Assembly (NCBI GenBank): GCA_964653045.1
Contig: CAZZBW010000002.1
Span: 298-64,297, forward strand
From: an uncultured Pseudomonadales bacterium
GTDB taxonomy: Bacteria; Patescibacteriota; Microgenomatia; UBA1400; PJMF01
DNA length: 64,000 nt
Direction of reading: 5' to 3'
Shown here: piece by piece, positions 19,463 to 28,943 of the stretch
Numbering within the stretch: position 1 is the first letter of the stretch
How the letters are laid out: every line of letters begins with the position of its first letter
Translations under genes and position numbers: made by a program
Notes under the pieces: model-generated
Seen by the model: the letters and a program-made list of their open reading frames with translations, nothing else
What the model was told of the DNA's origin: nothing
The model's database searches: none

Positions 19463-20410
19463 TCATTCTGTTGGGTCCAAGCCCCGAAATAATATTTTAA
19501 GAGCCTTGGACAACCTTTTTCTGATTTTCACTAAGATGATCATGACTATCAGGGCTCCCACCGCTATTCCAGCCAGCAACTTATATGGCAGAACGAAAAA
19601 AGTCACAGAAGCGCTGGCCAACTCGGTTTTTTGACCTGCAGCCACAGAAATAGTGGCGACATACCGGCCAAACAGTCTATCTTTATTCCACTGCGTCTCA
19701 ATCCGACGAATCGCTTGAGGCAAAACGTTACGCTGGTCTAGATCAAATTTATCCACTACCCGACCAAACACATCAGTAATGGTAATACTTCCTTTGACCT
19801 TAATATGAACATTGCCGGCATTGCTGACCCTGAGCACAAAATCTACTGGGGCTCGCTCAAAGAGTTCCTTAGTGGTACTAAACTCCTCGATCGCCCACGA
19901 CTCTTTGACCTCGCCTGCAACTCTGAGCAAGATCAGCGCACCTATCTCTTGGACCACTGATGCACCCTGTGCATTTGGTCCAGCTCCGCCAGTTTTGAAC
20001 ACCACTGAAGCAAAGTGCCCACCGGGCTCAGCATTATCTGGAACTGGGATAAAAATCGTGAAGGTTTGATTAGAACGGGGAGGAATAACTGCAGTAACAG
20101 GTGAAACTTGGATCCACTCGGCAAGGGTGTTGGTCAGCTTTTCGCCACTTAGCTCAACGGAACCCTCCTCGCCCCGTGCCACAAATAAGCGCTTATCAAC
20201 ACTTATTTCTAACGGTTTATCACCTGCGTTTTCAACTTTGAGTGTGTTTGTCAAAGTATCACCGCGATTGGCAGATAACTCAAAAGTGGGAGGAGTAATA
20301 ACTAGCCCTGTTTCTTGTGCCAAAACTAGAGAAGCTGAAATGCCAAAGCAAAAAACAAATAGCAAGCAGAATAACGAAAGGACTAAAGTTACTTTCGCAA
20401 GATGTCTCAT
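19463..20410 (-). CDS. DUF916/DUF3324-like (WxL-partner, pilus-chaperone-like) protein
   Basis: Signal peptide, PPTFEL, PDNAEPGGHFASVVF, IGALILLRVAG, NAGNVH, C-terminal TM plus basic tail. Confidence 0.75.
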   Translation of the reverse strand: MRHLAKVTLVLSLFCLLFVFCFGISASLVLAQETGLVITPPTFELSANRGDTLTNTLKVENAGDKPLEISVDKRLFVARGEEGSVELSGEKLTNTLAEWIQVSPVTAVIPPRSNQTFTIFIPVPDNAEPGGHFASVVFKTGGAGPNAQGASVVQEIGALILLRVAGEVKESWAIEEFSTTKELFERAPVDFVLRVSNAGNVHIKVKGSITITDVFGRVVDKFDLDQRNVLPQAIRRIETQWNKDRLFGRYVATISVAAGQKTELASASVTFFVLPYKLLAGIAVGALIVMIILVKIRKRLSKALKILFRGLDPTE

Positions 20411-20455
20411 CGGGATTTGATTATAACTGCAAGCTTGACCAGTTGCAATTCAGGC

Positions 20456-21517
20456 TTAATAAGTTGGTGTTGCGGTATAAATTACCGTAGTGGTGTAATT
20501 ACCAGCTGGAGTACTTGAAGACACACCCACCTGATAGCCAACACGAGTGGTTTCTGTACCACTGGTTGGGGTAGCACGAGTGGCCACTACTTCATTGCTA
20601 GCAGTAAAAGCTGCCCACTTGTTTGTCGCAAATTGAGTCAAATCAGCATCATTGGTGGTGTAACCAAAGTCTTCGTCATCGACACTCTGCGGAAAGATAG
20701 TTGGAACAGTGTGGGTCCCTGAGTGATCATCAATATCTGCAGTACTATATGTTGGCTTGCCTGTATATCGAACATACACTGAATAGCCTGTCGTAGAGTT
20801 GGTGCCTACATTCAAATCATGCGCTGCGATTGCATTGGTTGCGGCAGTAACCGTACCAAGTGGAATAGTGTTAGCATCAGTCACTGTGGCTACTGTGGTG
20901 GTAGCACCATTAACAGACTGAGAACCAGCCACGCCCGTGATCGTGAAAGACAGAGATGGATCGACGGTGAGAGATACAACTTGACCGTCGGTGTAAATGA
21001 ACATGACCGTGGCATAATCGACTTCGTTGCCTGCTGTACAGCTTGCATCTGTGTAGGTATTGAAAATTGCGTAATATCCAGTGTCAGCAACTGAGCCATT
21101 AGCTACCCCATCCAAAACAACCGTCCTTCCGCTCGCACCACCAGGGGTAGCGCCAGTAACGTCAGTATACTGGATTTTTCCACCACTGACAGTCTTCGAC
21201 CAACCATTCAAACCAGTGATATAGGTACTACTGGCATTGACGGCGGCGCTGGCCAAACTCAGGCCTGATGGCGCCGATCCTCCAGCAGCAGTGGTGGCAA
21301 ACTCAAGTTCAACACACTTGACCGTTGTGGTGGTATCGACATTACTAAAGGTCGCAGTATAAGTCACAGTTGTCGCGGAGGGGCGAGAATCATCAACGCT
21401 TAATGATCCAGCGGTCAATGCATTAGCACTTGCGAGAGGGACTAAGCCAAACAACGATTGGCCGAGGAAGAAACTGACCATTAAAAGTAGGGCGGGTAAG
21501 GACTTTCTATTTGTCAT
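20456..21517 (-). CDS. Secreted small WxL/pilin-like surface protein
   Basis: Signal peptide, Thr/Ser-rich beta protein ending ...PAGNYTTTVIYTATPTY; AAGGA RBS upstream. Confidence 0.7.
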   Translation of the reverse strand: MTNRKSLPALLLMVSFFLGQSLFGLVPLASANALTAGSLSVDDSRPSATTVTYTATFSNVDTTTTVKCVELEFATTAAGGSAPSGLSLASAAVNASSTYITGLNGWSKTVSGGKIQYTDVTGATPGGASGRTVVLDGVANGSVADTGYYAIFNTYTDASCTAGNEVDYATVMFIYTDGQVVSLTVDPSLSFTITGVAGSQSVNGATTTVATVTDANTIPLGTVTAATNAIAAHDLNVGTNSTTGYSVYVRYTGKPTYSTADIDDHSGTHTVPTIFPQSVDDEDFGYTTNDADLTQFATNKWAAFTASNEVVATRATPTSGTETTRVGYQVGVSSSTPAGNYTTTVIYTATPTY

Positions 21518-21550
21518 AATCGGATCCTTTAATAAGTACTCTATCTGGTT

Positions 21551-22495
21551 CTAAGAATTTTTTACTAACACGCGCAAAGCAGATAAAACTCTGCGTCTAT
21601 TCAGAGAAGCAATGATCAAAATGGCTGTCAATAGTGAAAATCCGATCGCGGATAGAAGTTGGGCGAGAGAGATGTTGAACACATAGAGGGTTAAAGTACT
21701 GGCCGGGGGCGCCGCAGACCGGAGGTCTGCGGCGCTTAACCAAGTGTTCACTTGATACACTCCCAAGCGTGGTGCCTCAGGCCAACTGAGTTTCATCTGC
21801 TTGGTATTGAGTGGCAACACAATTCGTGGCTCTGCTACCAAATAAGTTTTCTGGCCAAATGGCCAAGATTTAATCACCAGCTCAGGTTGGAGCAGTTGGT
21901 GAACATTACCATAATTTTTGAGAGTCAGGTTAAAGTTAATCTCCCCTGTTTCTGCCAGAATTTCTTTTTGTATATCTGTCAGCAGGACTTTCTCAATCCG
22001 CTCACCAGCTACATCGATAAAAATCAACGCTCCTACTCTCGGCACAACGGCACTACCTTGGAACTGCGAAAGTTCGCTTAACGCAGCAACTTCAAAAAAC
22101 ACGGTGGCATAATGGCCGCCCGGACCGAGATCGTCCGGCGCGGCCACTTCAATTTGTACTTGAGTCGTCTTCCCAACTTCAATAATGAACGATTCGGGCT
22201 CAACTCTGACCAAGTGTGACGCATCATACCGAATCCGCGCTTCAGGAGTGTCACTCAGTTCATCTGAGTTGAGCCCCATCACAAAACTCTTGACTGGCAA
22301 GGGTTGGGCAGTTTTGTTAAACACGGTTAATTCCCGCGTTTGGGTATCTCCTGCCTTGAGATCAAACTCCAAGATTGCCGGACTGATTGTTAACGAGTTA
22401 AGTGAGTCTGCATAAGCAACCCCAGATTCCAACCACCACAAACAGAGAGCAACAAAAAATCCGCTGATCAATTTAATACTGGGGTGTAACTGCAT
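21551..22495 (-). CDS. Second DUF916/DUF3324-like protein; start uncertain
   Basis: SPAILEF, PDDLGPGGHYATVFF, VGALIFIDVAG, NYGNVH, C-terminal TM; paralogous to 19463-20410; the longer ORF extension overlaps the upstream gene. Confidence 0.72.
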   Translation of the reverse strand: MQLHPSIKLISGFFVALCLWWLESGVAYADSLNSLTISPAILEFDLKAGDTQTRELTVFNKTAQPLPVKSFVMGLNSDELSDTPEARIRYDASHLVRVEPESFIIEVGKTTQVQIEVAAPDDLGPGGHYATVFFEVAALSELSQFQGSAVVPRVGALIFIDVAGERIEKVLLTDIQKEILAETGEINFNLTLKNYGNVHQLLQPELVIKSWPFGQKTYLVAEPRIVLPLNTKQMKLSWPEAPRLGVYQVNTWLSAADLRSAAPPASTLTLYVFNISLAQLLSAIGFSLLTAILIIASLNRRRVLSALRVLVKNS

Positions 22496-25400
22496 AAATA
22501 ACGGTGGTTGAGTACTGCGTGGCGGCTTGACCGCTGTCGACCCGGACCTTGAGATCAACGTTGAACTGTTCATTAGTAATGGGCGTACCGCTGACTGCCG
22601 CAGTGTGATCAGCCATAATATCACCGGGAGATTCTTGATCGAATGGAGCGTAACAAGGCGGCGAACCTCCACCTGGGCATGGTGTGTCATTGAAAAGATC
22701 AACTCCTTGGATCGAGGTATCACTCGAGTGGTAACCAAAACCCAGATCTCCGGTACCCCACTCTGCTGGTGTAGCATAGCTACCTGCAGAAAAATTGGCA
22801 ATTTCGTTGGTCGGGTACAAAATTGATCTGAGTAGATCAGTGGTATAGGCACGGATGACGTAACCGGCATAAGCGTTGGTGGACGTCGTCAACGTCACTT
22901 GCTCAGTCGCAGTGTATGAATTACCTGGACCGAGATTATCGAAAGTCACATTCTCAGGAGAAACAGCAAAACTCAGAGTGGGCGCGACCAACTGGCCGTC
23001 CGAAGATGCCCCTGTACTGGTGTTACCAGCCAGATCGGTCGCGCGGACGGTGAAGTAGTACACCACTGAAGTTTGCAAGCTCTGACCACTGACAGTCACC
23101 GAAGTATCGGTACCCACATTAGTCCAGCTCACCAACTCAGTGCCACCAACTGTTGTCCCAATAGCATATTCATAGTAGTCTATTTCAGAAACAGCTTCAT
23201 TGAAACCAACAAAATTGGCGGACAAACTGGACAAAGAACCATCATTTAACATTTTATCTACTCCAGTTTCCGTCCCATCGTAAACCGTCCCATCATCGGG
23301 AGCCGTTGTATCGATTCCAAAATCACGCTCTGCCTCGGTATTGTTACCAAAACTCACCCAATCGGAGTAAGCACCAAAACTATCTTTGGTTCGAGCCTGC
23401 CAATGATACTCCATTTCATCAGGCAACGAGCTGAGAGTTACAGTAGCTTCAACTGCAGAACCAGAATAGGCCACACCAGTACCACAACCCGTCTCGACAC
23501 CAGTAAAGCTTATGTTCAACGGCTGCACCTCAACACACAGCTGGAGAGTATCCGGGTTATCAGGATCCGACACATTGGCCGTAAACACGACCGAGGTTTC
23601 ATCGGTCCAGTCACCCACGCTCAATATTGTTTGGTCAGTCTTTTCTTGAGATAAATTCGTCGGATCATTTGGCGCGGTATTCATTGAGCCAAATGAAACC
23701 AACCAATCCTGGAGTTGAGGCGAGCCAGTACCATAGGTCAGGGTCGCCTTCAGATAGATCGTGGCATAAGTGGTAGTAGAAAGACCGCTTAGATCAACTC
23801 CAGCGCTGCCATCAAAGCCAGTGGAATTACCACTCAGAGCACCATCAGGAATAATGGTCGGTGTTCCAGAGTTATCATAAAAAACTTGATAAATAATGGT
23901 GCCATTAGTTTGGTCATCCCCCACCATAAAATACCCCCAAGTGGTTTCACTGGGCTGAATCTGGGCGGCAACGATCGGCGTGGACAGCACCATGTCGGTA
24001 CCAGAAGTGACTTGAACATAGTTACTGGTGTAGTTCACTTCTGCGTTGCTGCCCAACGTGTCTGATTCGAACTGCTCGCCGTGCGTCTCAAACCAAGCAT
24101 TACCTTTGCTTAGTGAAGTATCGATGGTGAGCGACCGGCGATCCGACCAGGCACTCCACGTCTCGGTACCTGCAATATCCATCGCTCTGACTTGATAAAA
24201 ATAGGTTGTGCCGTTGGTCAAGGCATTACCCGCTTGCACCGTGTAGCTGATGGTGTCTCCTGCGGTGAAAGGATCTAGATCGGATTCGTTGCCAACATTA
24301 AGAAAGCCTAGATCTGTTTCAGAAACATCATCAATTTCAGGAGAGGTGAAACTAGGATCAGAGCTTATTTGAATTTGGTAAGTAAGATTATTGCTCTCAG
24401 TATCAGTTGATTTAAATCGAATGATTGGCGTGGTATCAGTAATTTTTGCTTTATCGTAATAGAGATTTCCTTCGATAGTTGGTTTGGTGGCTGGCGTCCC
24501 TACTGAAGTTTTTTTGGCAATCACCACGTCGCGGTAGGGAGGGAGATGCGGCTGAGTATCAAATGACAGCGTCACGTCATGAGTGTGAGTGCTTGTTGCC
24601 TGGTTTCCATAGGGCTTTTGATTCGTCCCACCACTACTTGCACTTGGTCCACCTGATGTAACAGTGGCATTGGTGTGATTATGACTGGCAGTCCCATTTA
24701 CTGAAGCATAACTACTGGCGCCCCGCAAAAACCGCTGATAAAACGCCCCACCGCTATCTGACAACGATGTCCAATTAGTACCTATTGTTCCTTCCACCAT
24801 CACAATCTCTCCACCGGTAAAATATTTATCAGCCCCACTAGTATTTTTATAAAGTAAAACGTCTATCCGATCAGGCAAGTGTGTGGCTGAAGCGTTGGTC
24901 CCAGAGACAGTGTGCGTGTGTGTATCTATAGCAAAACTCCCGGCTGCACCAGTAGCACCACCAAAATTACTGGACGCTGTCAATGATCCAGAATAATTAT
25001 GAGTGTGATTATCAGCTCCTCCAGTGCCAGTGGTATTACCCTCGCCTCGGAGAAAGGCAAGGTCTTGAGTCGAGTAACGGGTCCAACCAGTTACTGGTGA
25101 AGGTGTTGCGTCAAACATCAAAATTAAACCATCGGGAATACTGGTTGGCACACCTGTGGTATCGTACTTAATTACTTTTAGATTGCGATAAGTTGGCAGG
25201 TTGGTGCCCACTCCAGTAGAAGCACCACTCCAACCGTGAGTATGAGTGGACAATGTCTGGATCAAAGAATTATTGCGATAAGGTAGTGTTGAATTAGCCC
25301 CTGTATGACTGACAAAAGTCATACCGTGACTATGTTCAATAAGACCACCAGTGCCGCCAGAAGTGGCGGCACCACGAGGAAAGACTTGGTAATACGGTTC

Positions 25401-27035
25401 AGTTGATAAACACGATACACAAGACCAACCGGTGGGTGGGGTTGCACCATCCCAAAAGGCTAAGACGTTGTAGACAGCATCGGAAGCCACCTGCCACTGG
25501 CGCAACTCTTGAAAAATAATCGTTTCTTGATTAGTCACGGTTCCTGCACTGCTGGTGGCGGCAGAATCTGATGCAACTTCGGCATCTGGTAACGAATCAG
25601 CGTTGACGTCAGCGGATTCCGTCGAGTCTAGCACTGGCTCAAGAATCACATTACTATCTGCTTCAATCTGGTTGGAAGGAGAGGACTCGGCCGCTGCGGT
25701 TGGTGATTCGTCAGTGAAAATATCGAGATCCAACGCTCCCTCAATTACTTGCGTCGACTCCACCAACCGCAGTGGCCCCAGCAGATAAAACTGCGGGGAT
25801 ATTTCCGGAGCTTGATATTGATACCCAATTAGCAATATTTCATCTGGGTCCAGCACTTCATCCCAAATGATATTTTGCACACCGTTCTCTACGTCAATTT
25901 CAATCCGATCGTAATCGCGAAACCCGGCACCGACAAATGGTGAAATCTCAAACTCAAGTGGCACCGGCTCGATGATCGAGCCGGTGAACTCTTGTCTGGC
26001 CACCACCTCCACCATCACCGAGTAAGTGTTGGGTGGGTAAATCCGGGTGGCCGACGAGTGCTCAATCTCAAATGGGACCTCATCCCAAACCTCAATGTAA
26101 TCGCTAACAGCGTAACTACCGTTGACAGTGACTGCGCTCAGTTCTAGCTCGTATCTGCCCACTCCTCCCAACTGGTAGGCAGACTGGTAATCCGGGACAT
26201 CGGTCACTGCACTTTCTTTGCACTCAGGATTGACAGTAATTAGTCCATTAGTTGTCGACAACTCATCAACTTTTTGCTGATCGGGATGATAAATTTTTAA
26301 ACTTAGATCTGCGTCACACACCATCGCGCCATTTTCATCCAACACGGCAAAAGCCAATTGCGCTTCTTCTTCTGGTAAATAGATTGATCGATTGGCATTC
26401 AGCGCTAAAACCCCCCAGGTGAAATCTTGGGCGAAAACTTCCCGATCTCCTTCGTAAACCTCAAGGTGAAACTTGCCCGGCCGGACACTGCCCACGGGCG
26501 TGACCAACAGCTGCCCATCTTCGAAGCTAGTTTGAATCGTCACTGGCTCCTCAGCATAATCTGTCACCACAATTTCCAACTCTTCTGGCTGATAATCTAG
26601 CAGCTCCAACTCGATTCCCTCGTTGATCTGGAAATCCTTGTCCTTCATTGTCAGCTTACGCATCCGCAATAACTCTTTGATAATGTTCCAAACTTGCGTC
26701 GGCTTGCTTTTTTCGACCTTTTGATCAGCATCAGTTTCGTCTGGAGCGATCGTCGGAGTAAGCGTTGGTGAAATTGATGGTGTAATTGTGGGGGAAATAG
26801 TTGGCGCCAAATCAGTTGGCTGAGGAACAAGTGCATCGGTTGGCTCGGCTTCAGCCGAGCCAACCGATGGTTCTAGCGTGATAGTAGGTAATTCTGGAGC
26901 ACTATGGATTGGCTGAATATTCGGAATAACAGATTCACTCACCTGTGCTTCTGCCTCGGCAACCATTCGGCCAACTCCCAACGAAAAACCAACCAACACA
27001 AACAAAGCCACGATAGTTGGCTTAAACTTAATCAT
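22473..27035 (-). CDS. 1520-aa secreted multidomain surface protein with PT linker, three tail-collar-like repeats, FN3-like domains and a C-terminal WxL/pilin-like domain
   Basis: Signal peptide; HxH repeats; FN3-like YFYQVRA...WSAWS, YHWQAR and YYFTVRATDLAGN; C-terminus ...QYSTTVIYAVTPQY matches 20456-21517. Confidence 0.8.
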   Translation of the reverse strand: MIKFKPTIVALFVLVGFSLGVGRMVAEAEAQVSESVIPNIQPIHSAPELPTITLEPSVGSAEAEPTDALVPQPTDLAPTISPTITPSISPTLTPTIAPDETDADQKVEKSKPTQVWNIIKELLRMRKLTMKDKDFQINEGIELELLDYQPEELEIVVTDYAEEPVTIQTSFEDGQLLVTPVGSVRPGKFHLEVYEGDREVFAQDFTWGVLALNANRSIYLPEEEAQLAFAVLDENGAMVCDADLSLKIYHPDQQKVDELSTTNGLITVNPECKESAVTDVPDYQSAYQLGGVGRYELELSAVTVNGSYAVSDYIEVWDEVPFEIEHSSATRIYPPNTYSVMVEVVARQEFTGSIIEPVPLEFEISPFVGAGFRDYDRIEIDVENGVQNIIWDEVLDPDEILLIGYQYQAPEISPQFYLLGPLRLVESTQVIEGALDLDIFTDESPTAAAESSPSNQIEADSNVILEPVLDSTESADVNADSLPDAEVASDSAATSSAGTVTNQETIIFQELRQWQVASDAVYNVLAFWDGATPPTGWSCVSCLSTEPYYQVFPRGAATSGGTGGLIEHSHGMTFVSHTGANSTLPYRNNSLIQTLSTHTHGWSGASTGVGTNLPTYRNLKVIKYDTTGVPTSIPDGLILMFDATPSPVTGWTRYSTQDLAFLRGEGNTTGTGGADNHTHNYSGSLTASSNFGGATGAAGSFAIDTHTHTVSGTNASATHLPDRIDVLLYKNTSGADKYFTGGEIVMVEGTIGTNWTSLSDSGGAFYQRFLRGASSYASVNGTASHNHTNATVTSGGPSASSGGTNQKPYGNQATSTHTHDVTLSFDTQPHLPPYRDVVIAKKTSVGTPATKPTIEGNLYYDKAKITDTTPIIRFKSTDTESNNLTYQIQISSDPSFTSPEIDDVSETDLGFLNVGNESDLDPFTAGDTISYTVQAGNALTNGTTYFYQVRAMDIAGTETWSAWSDRRSLTIDTSLSKGNAWFETHGEQFESDTLGSNAEVNYTSNYVQVTSGTDMVLSTPIVAAQIQPSETTWGYFMVGDDQTNGTIIYQVFYDNSGTPTIIPDGALSGNSTGFDGSAGVDLSGLSTTTYATIYLKATLTYGTGSPQLQDWLVSFGSMNTAPNDPTNLSQEKTDQTILSVGDWTDETSVVFTANVSDPDNPDTLQLCVEVQPLNISFTGVETGCGTGVAYSGSAVEATVTLSSLPDEMEYHWQARTKDSFGAYSDWVSFGNNTEAERDFGIDTTAPDDGTVYDGTETGVDKMLNDGSLSSLSANFVGFNEAVSEIDYYEYAIGTTVGGTELVSWTNVGTDTSVTVSGQSLQTSVVYYFTVRATDLAGNTSTGASSDGQLVAPTLSFAVSPENVTFDNLGPGNSYTATEQVTLTTSTNAYAGYVIRAYTTDLLRSILYPTNEIANFSAGSYATPAEWGTGDLGFGYHSSDTSIQGVDLFNDTPCPGGGSPPCYAPFDQESPGDIMADHTAAVSGTPITNEQFNVDLKVRVDSGQAATQYSTTVIYAVTPQY

Positions 27036-27102
27036 GATTACTGCTAATCATAATCTAATTTGGTGTAGAACTTCAACTTAAGATAGGTAATAGTCAAGAT
27101 TT

Positions 27103-27924
27103 TTACTTTTTTGACTTAAATAATCTATCGTATTCACTTACTTTAGCGGTGTAATCTCCCCAATTTTCCGGGGTTAATTCTGACAAACTTACTATCATTG
27201 GTACTTCAGACACGGGACAAGGAATTTGCTGAGCAATTTCACTTGCTCTAGTATATGGAATTGGTTTACCCAAATGGATTTTAAGATGAAAAAATTTAGA
27301 TTTATTCGGTTCAGTTTGCCCTGGCGGCCAAAACTGATACGCCCCAACAAGACATATCGGAATGAAGTATAAATTGCTTGAATATTCTTCACAAATCGCA
27401 TCAATTGCATCTGTTACTAATGCGGGTGCCTCACTCGCACCAACTTCGCGGGATCTAGTTCCTTGTGGAAACACACCTAGGATTGCGCCTTGTTTAAAAG
27501 CACGCATAATAGGAAGCCAAGCAAATGGGTTTTGCTTACGATCAACTTCTGAACCATCTTGAACTTGAATTACTGGACGTAGATCCAAATTTAATAGTTT
27601 TAGAGCAATTGCAGCATCTCCCAACTGACCCATCCGACCATCAAAAAATTTCCCAGAAATTGGACCAACCAGTGTAGTATTCAGTTTTTTTGCCAACCTA
27701 TAAAACAAGGCAATATCGGCCACACTCCAGTGAGGAGGTAAAATTACTAACTTGCTACCTGATTCTTGCAGTTCCTTGATTTCTTTCCAATGCTCTTTTC
27801 CCCTGATCGGAATTAAGTCAAAAACTGTCGCTAAAGTTTTGGCAATCGTTTCTGGAGTGGGGTGAGTCAAACCCTCCGATACAGAGTTGAACTTTGTGTG
27901 CAAAACTTCAGAAATTCTGCTCAT
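27103..27924 (-). CDS. Lysophospholipid acyltransferase (PlsC-like)
   Basis: HWSVAD (HxxxxD) and VFPQGTRS motifs. Confidence 0.78.
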   Translation of the reverse strand: MSRISEVLHTKFNSVSEGLTHPTPETIAKTLATVFDLIPIRGKEHWKEIKELQESGSKLVILPPHWSVADIALFYRLAKKLNTTLVGPISGKFFDGRMGQLGDAAIALKLLNLDLRPVIQVQDGSEVDRKQNPFAWLPIMRAFKQGAILGVFPQGTRSREVGASEAPALVTDAIDAICEEYSSNLYFIPICLVGAYQFWPPGQTEPNKSKFFHLKIHLGKPIPYTRASEIAQQIPCPVSEVPMIVSLSELTPENWGDYTAKVSEYDRLFKSKK

Positions 27925-27935
27925 GTTTTCCTTAT

Positions 27936-28943
27936 TTAAAAATAAGAGGTGTATAAGCGTCTTATCAAACCAATAATTGTGCCAATCATCACAACTGCAT
28001 CAGCAACTAACTGTAAGATCGGTAAAAAAGGCCAGCCTAGTGGCGCGTAACGATAGTTCTTGGCTATTGACCAAAGCAAGTAAATAATTGCAAGAACAAT
28101 TAAGACTAATAAATAAGAGAAGTTATTAGTGAATAAAAAAATCAAGAATAAGGTAAGGGCGAAGAGATAGCGGCCGAAAATCAGCAAGACTTTCGGCCGC
28201 CACAGTCCCGCATACGCGTCGCCGCGGGCGAAGCGGTAAATGGTGCGAATAAACTCAGACCAAGAGCGATGAGGAATCCAACCAATGCGCGCCCGCGGGG
28301 TAAATACAATTTTTTCTTTCAAGTTGGCGCGCAACATCTTGCGCGCCAACGCATAATCTTCATTATCACTCAAGCTCTGATCAAATCCACCAAGCTTGGT
28401 TAAAACAGATTTTTTAATTAGCATTGACCTGGTGGTTGGCAACATAAATCCAGCTTTAATTACCCGCGGCATCGCCAGTGCATAACAGCTAAACGCTTGC
28501 TCTAACCCGGTTTTTGTCAGTGGGTAAAAATAACCACTGACAATCTCAGTTCGATTGTCATGCTGAGCGCAGTCGAAGCATAGACCCCCATCTACAGCTT
28601 TAACTAATTCTTCCAACCAGTCTTGATCGGGCACACATCCAGCGTCAGTAATCGCTATCCACGGAGATTTGGCTAACTGAACTGCCCGATTGCGCCCCAC
28701 ACTCCGGTTGCCGCGTTTTTGCTCAACAACTAAAGAAATTTTTTTGCTTTTTCGTGCTAATTGTTGCAGCTTATCCCATGTTCCATCTGTTGACCCACCG
28801 TCAACAACAATCACCTCACGCGGTAAATACGATTGGGCCGTCAGCGCTTTGATCAGCGAATCAACCGACCCAACTTCGTTCAACACCGTCACGATCACGC
28901 TGACGGCCAACTGTTTTTTCTGAATATTTTTTGTTTTTTTCAA
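27936..28943 (-). CDS. Glycosyltransferase family 2
   Basis: VIVTVLNE, VDGGSTDGT, GRN, TDAGC and GGFD...EDY motifs; C-terminal TMs. Confidence 0.92.
   Translation of the reverse strand: MKKTKNIQKKQLAVSVIVTVLNEVGSVDSLIKALTAQSYLPREVIVVDGGSTDGTWDKLQQLARKSKKISLVVEQKRGNRSVGRNRAVQLAKSPWIAITDAGCVPDQDWLEELVKAVDGGLCFDCAQHDNRTEIVSGYFYPLTKTGLEQAFSCYALAMPRVIKAGFMLPTTRSMLIKKSVLTKLGGFDQSLSDNEDYALARKMLRANLKEKIVFTPRARIGWIPHRSWSEFIRTIYRFARGDAYAGLWRPKVLLIFGRYLFALTLFLIFLFTNNFSYLLVLIVLAIIYLLWSIAKNYRYAPLGWPFLPILQLVADAVVMIGTIIGLIRRLYTSYF
28557..28581. repeat. REP-like palindrome inserted in frame in the GT2 gene (encodes CFDCAQHD)
   Basis: GTCATGCTGAGCGCAGTCGAAGCAT; related copy at 56900-56939. Confidence 0.6.

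Noticed and set aside
22496-22870. Long N-terminal extension of ORF 21551-22870
   Set aside because: It is an alternative frame inside the 3' end of the 1520-aa gene; similarity to the paralogue begins only near 22495
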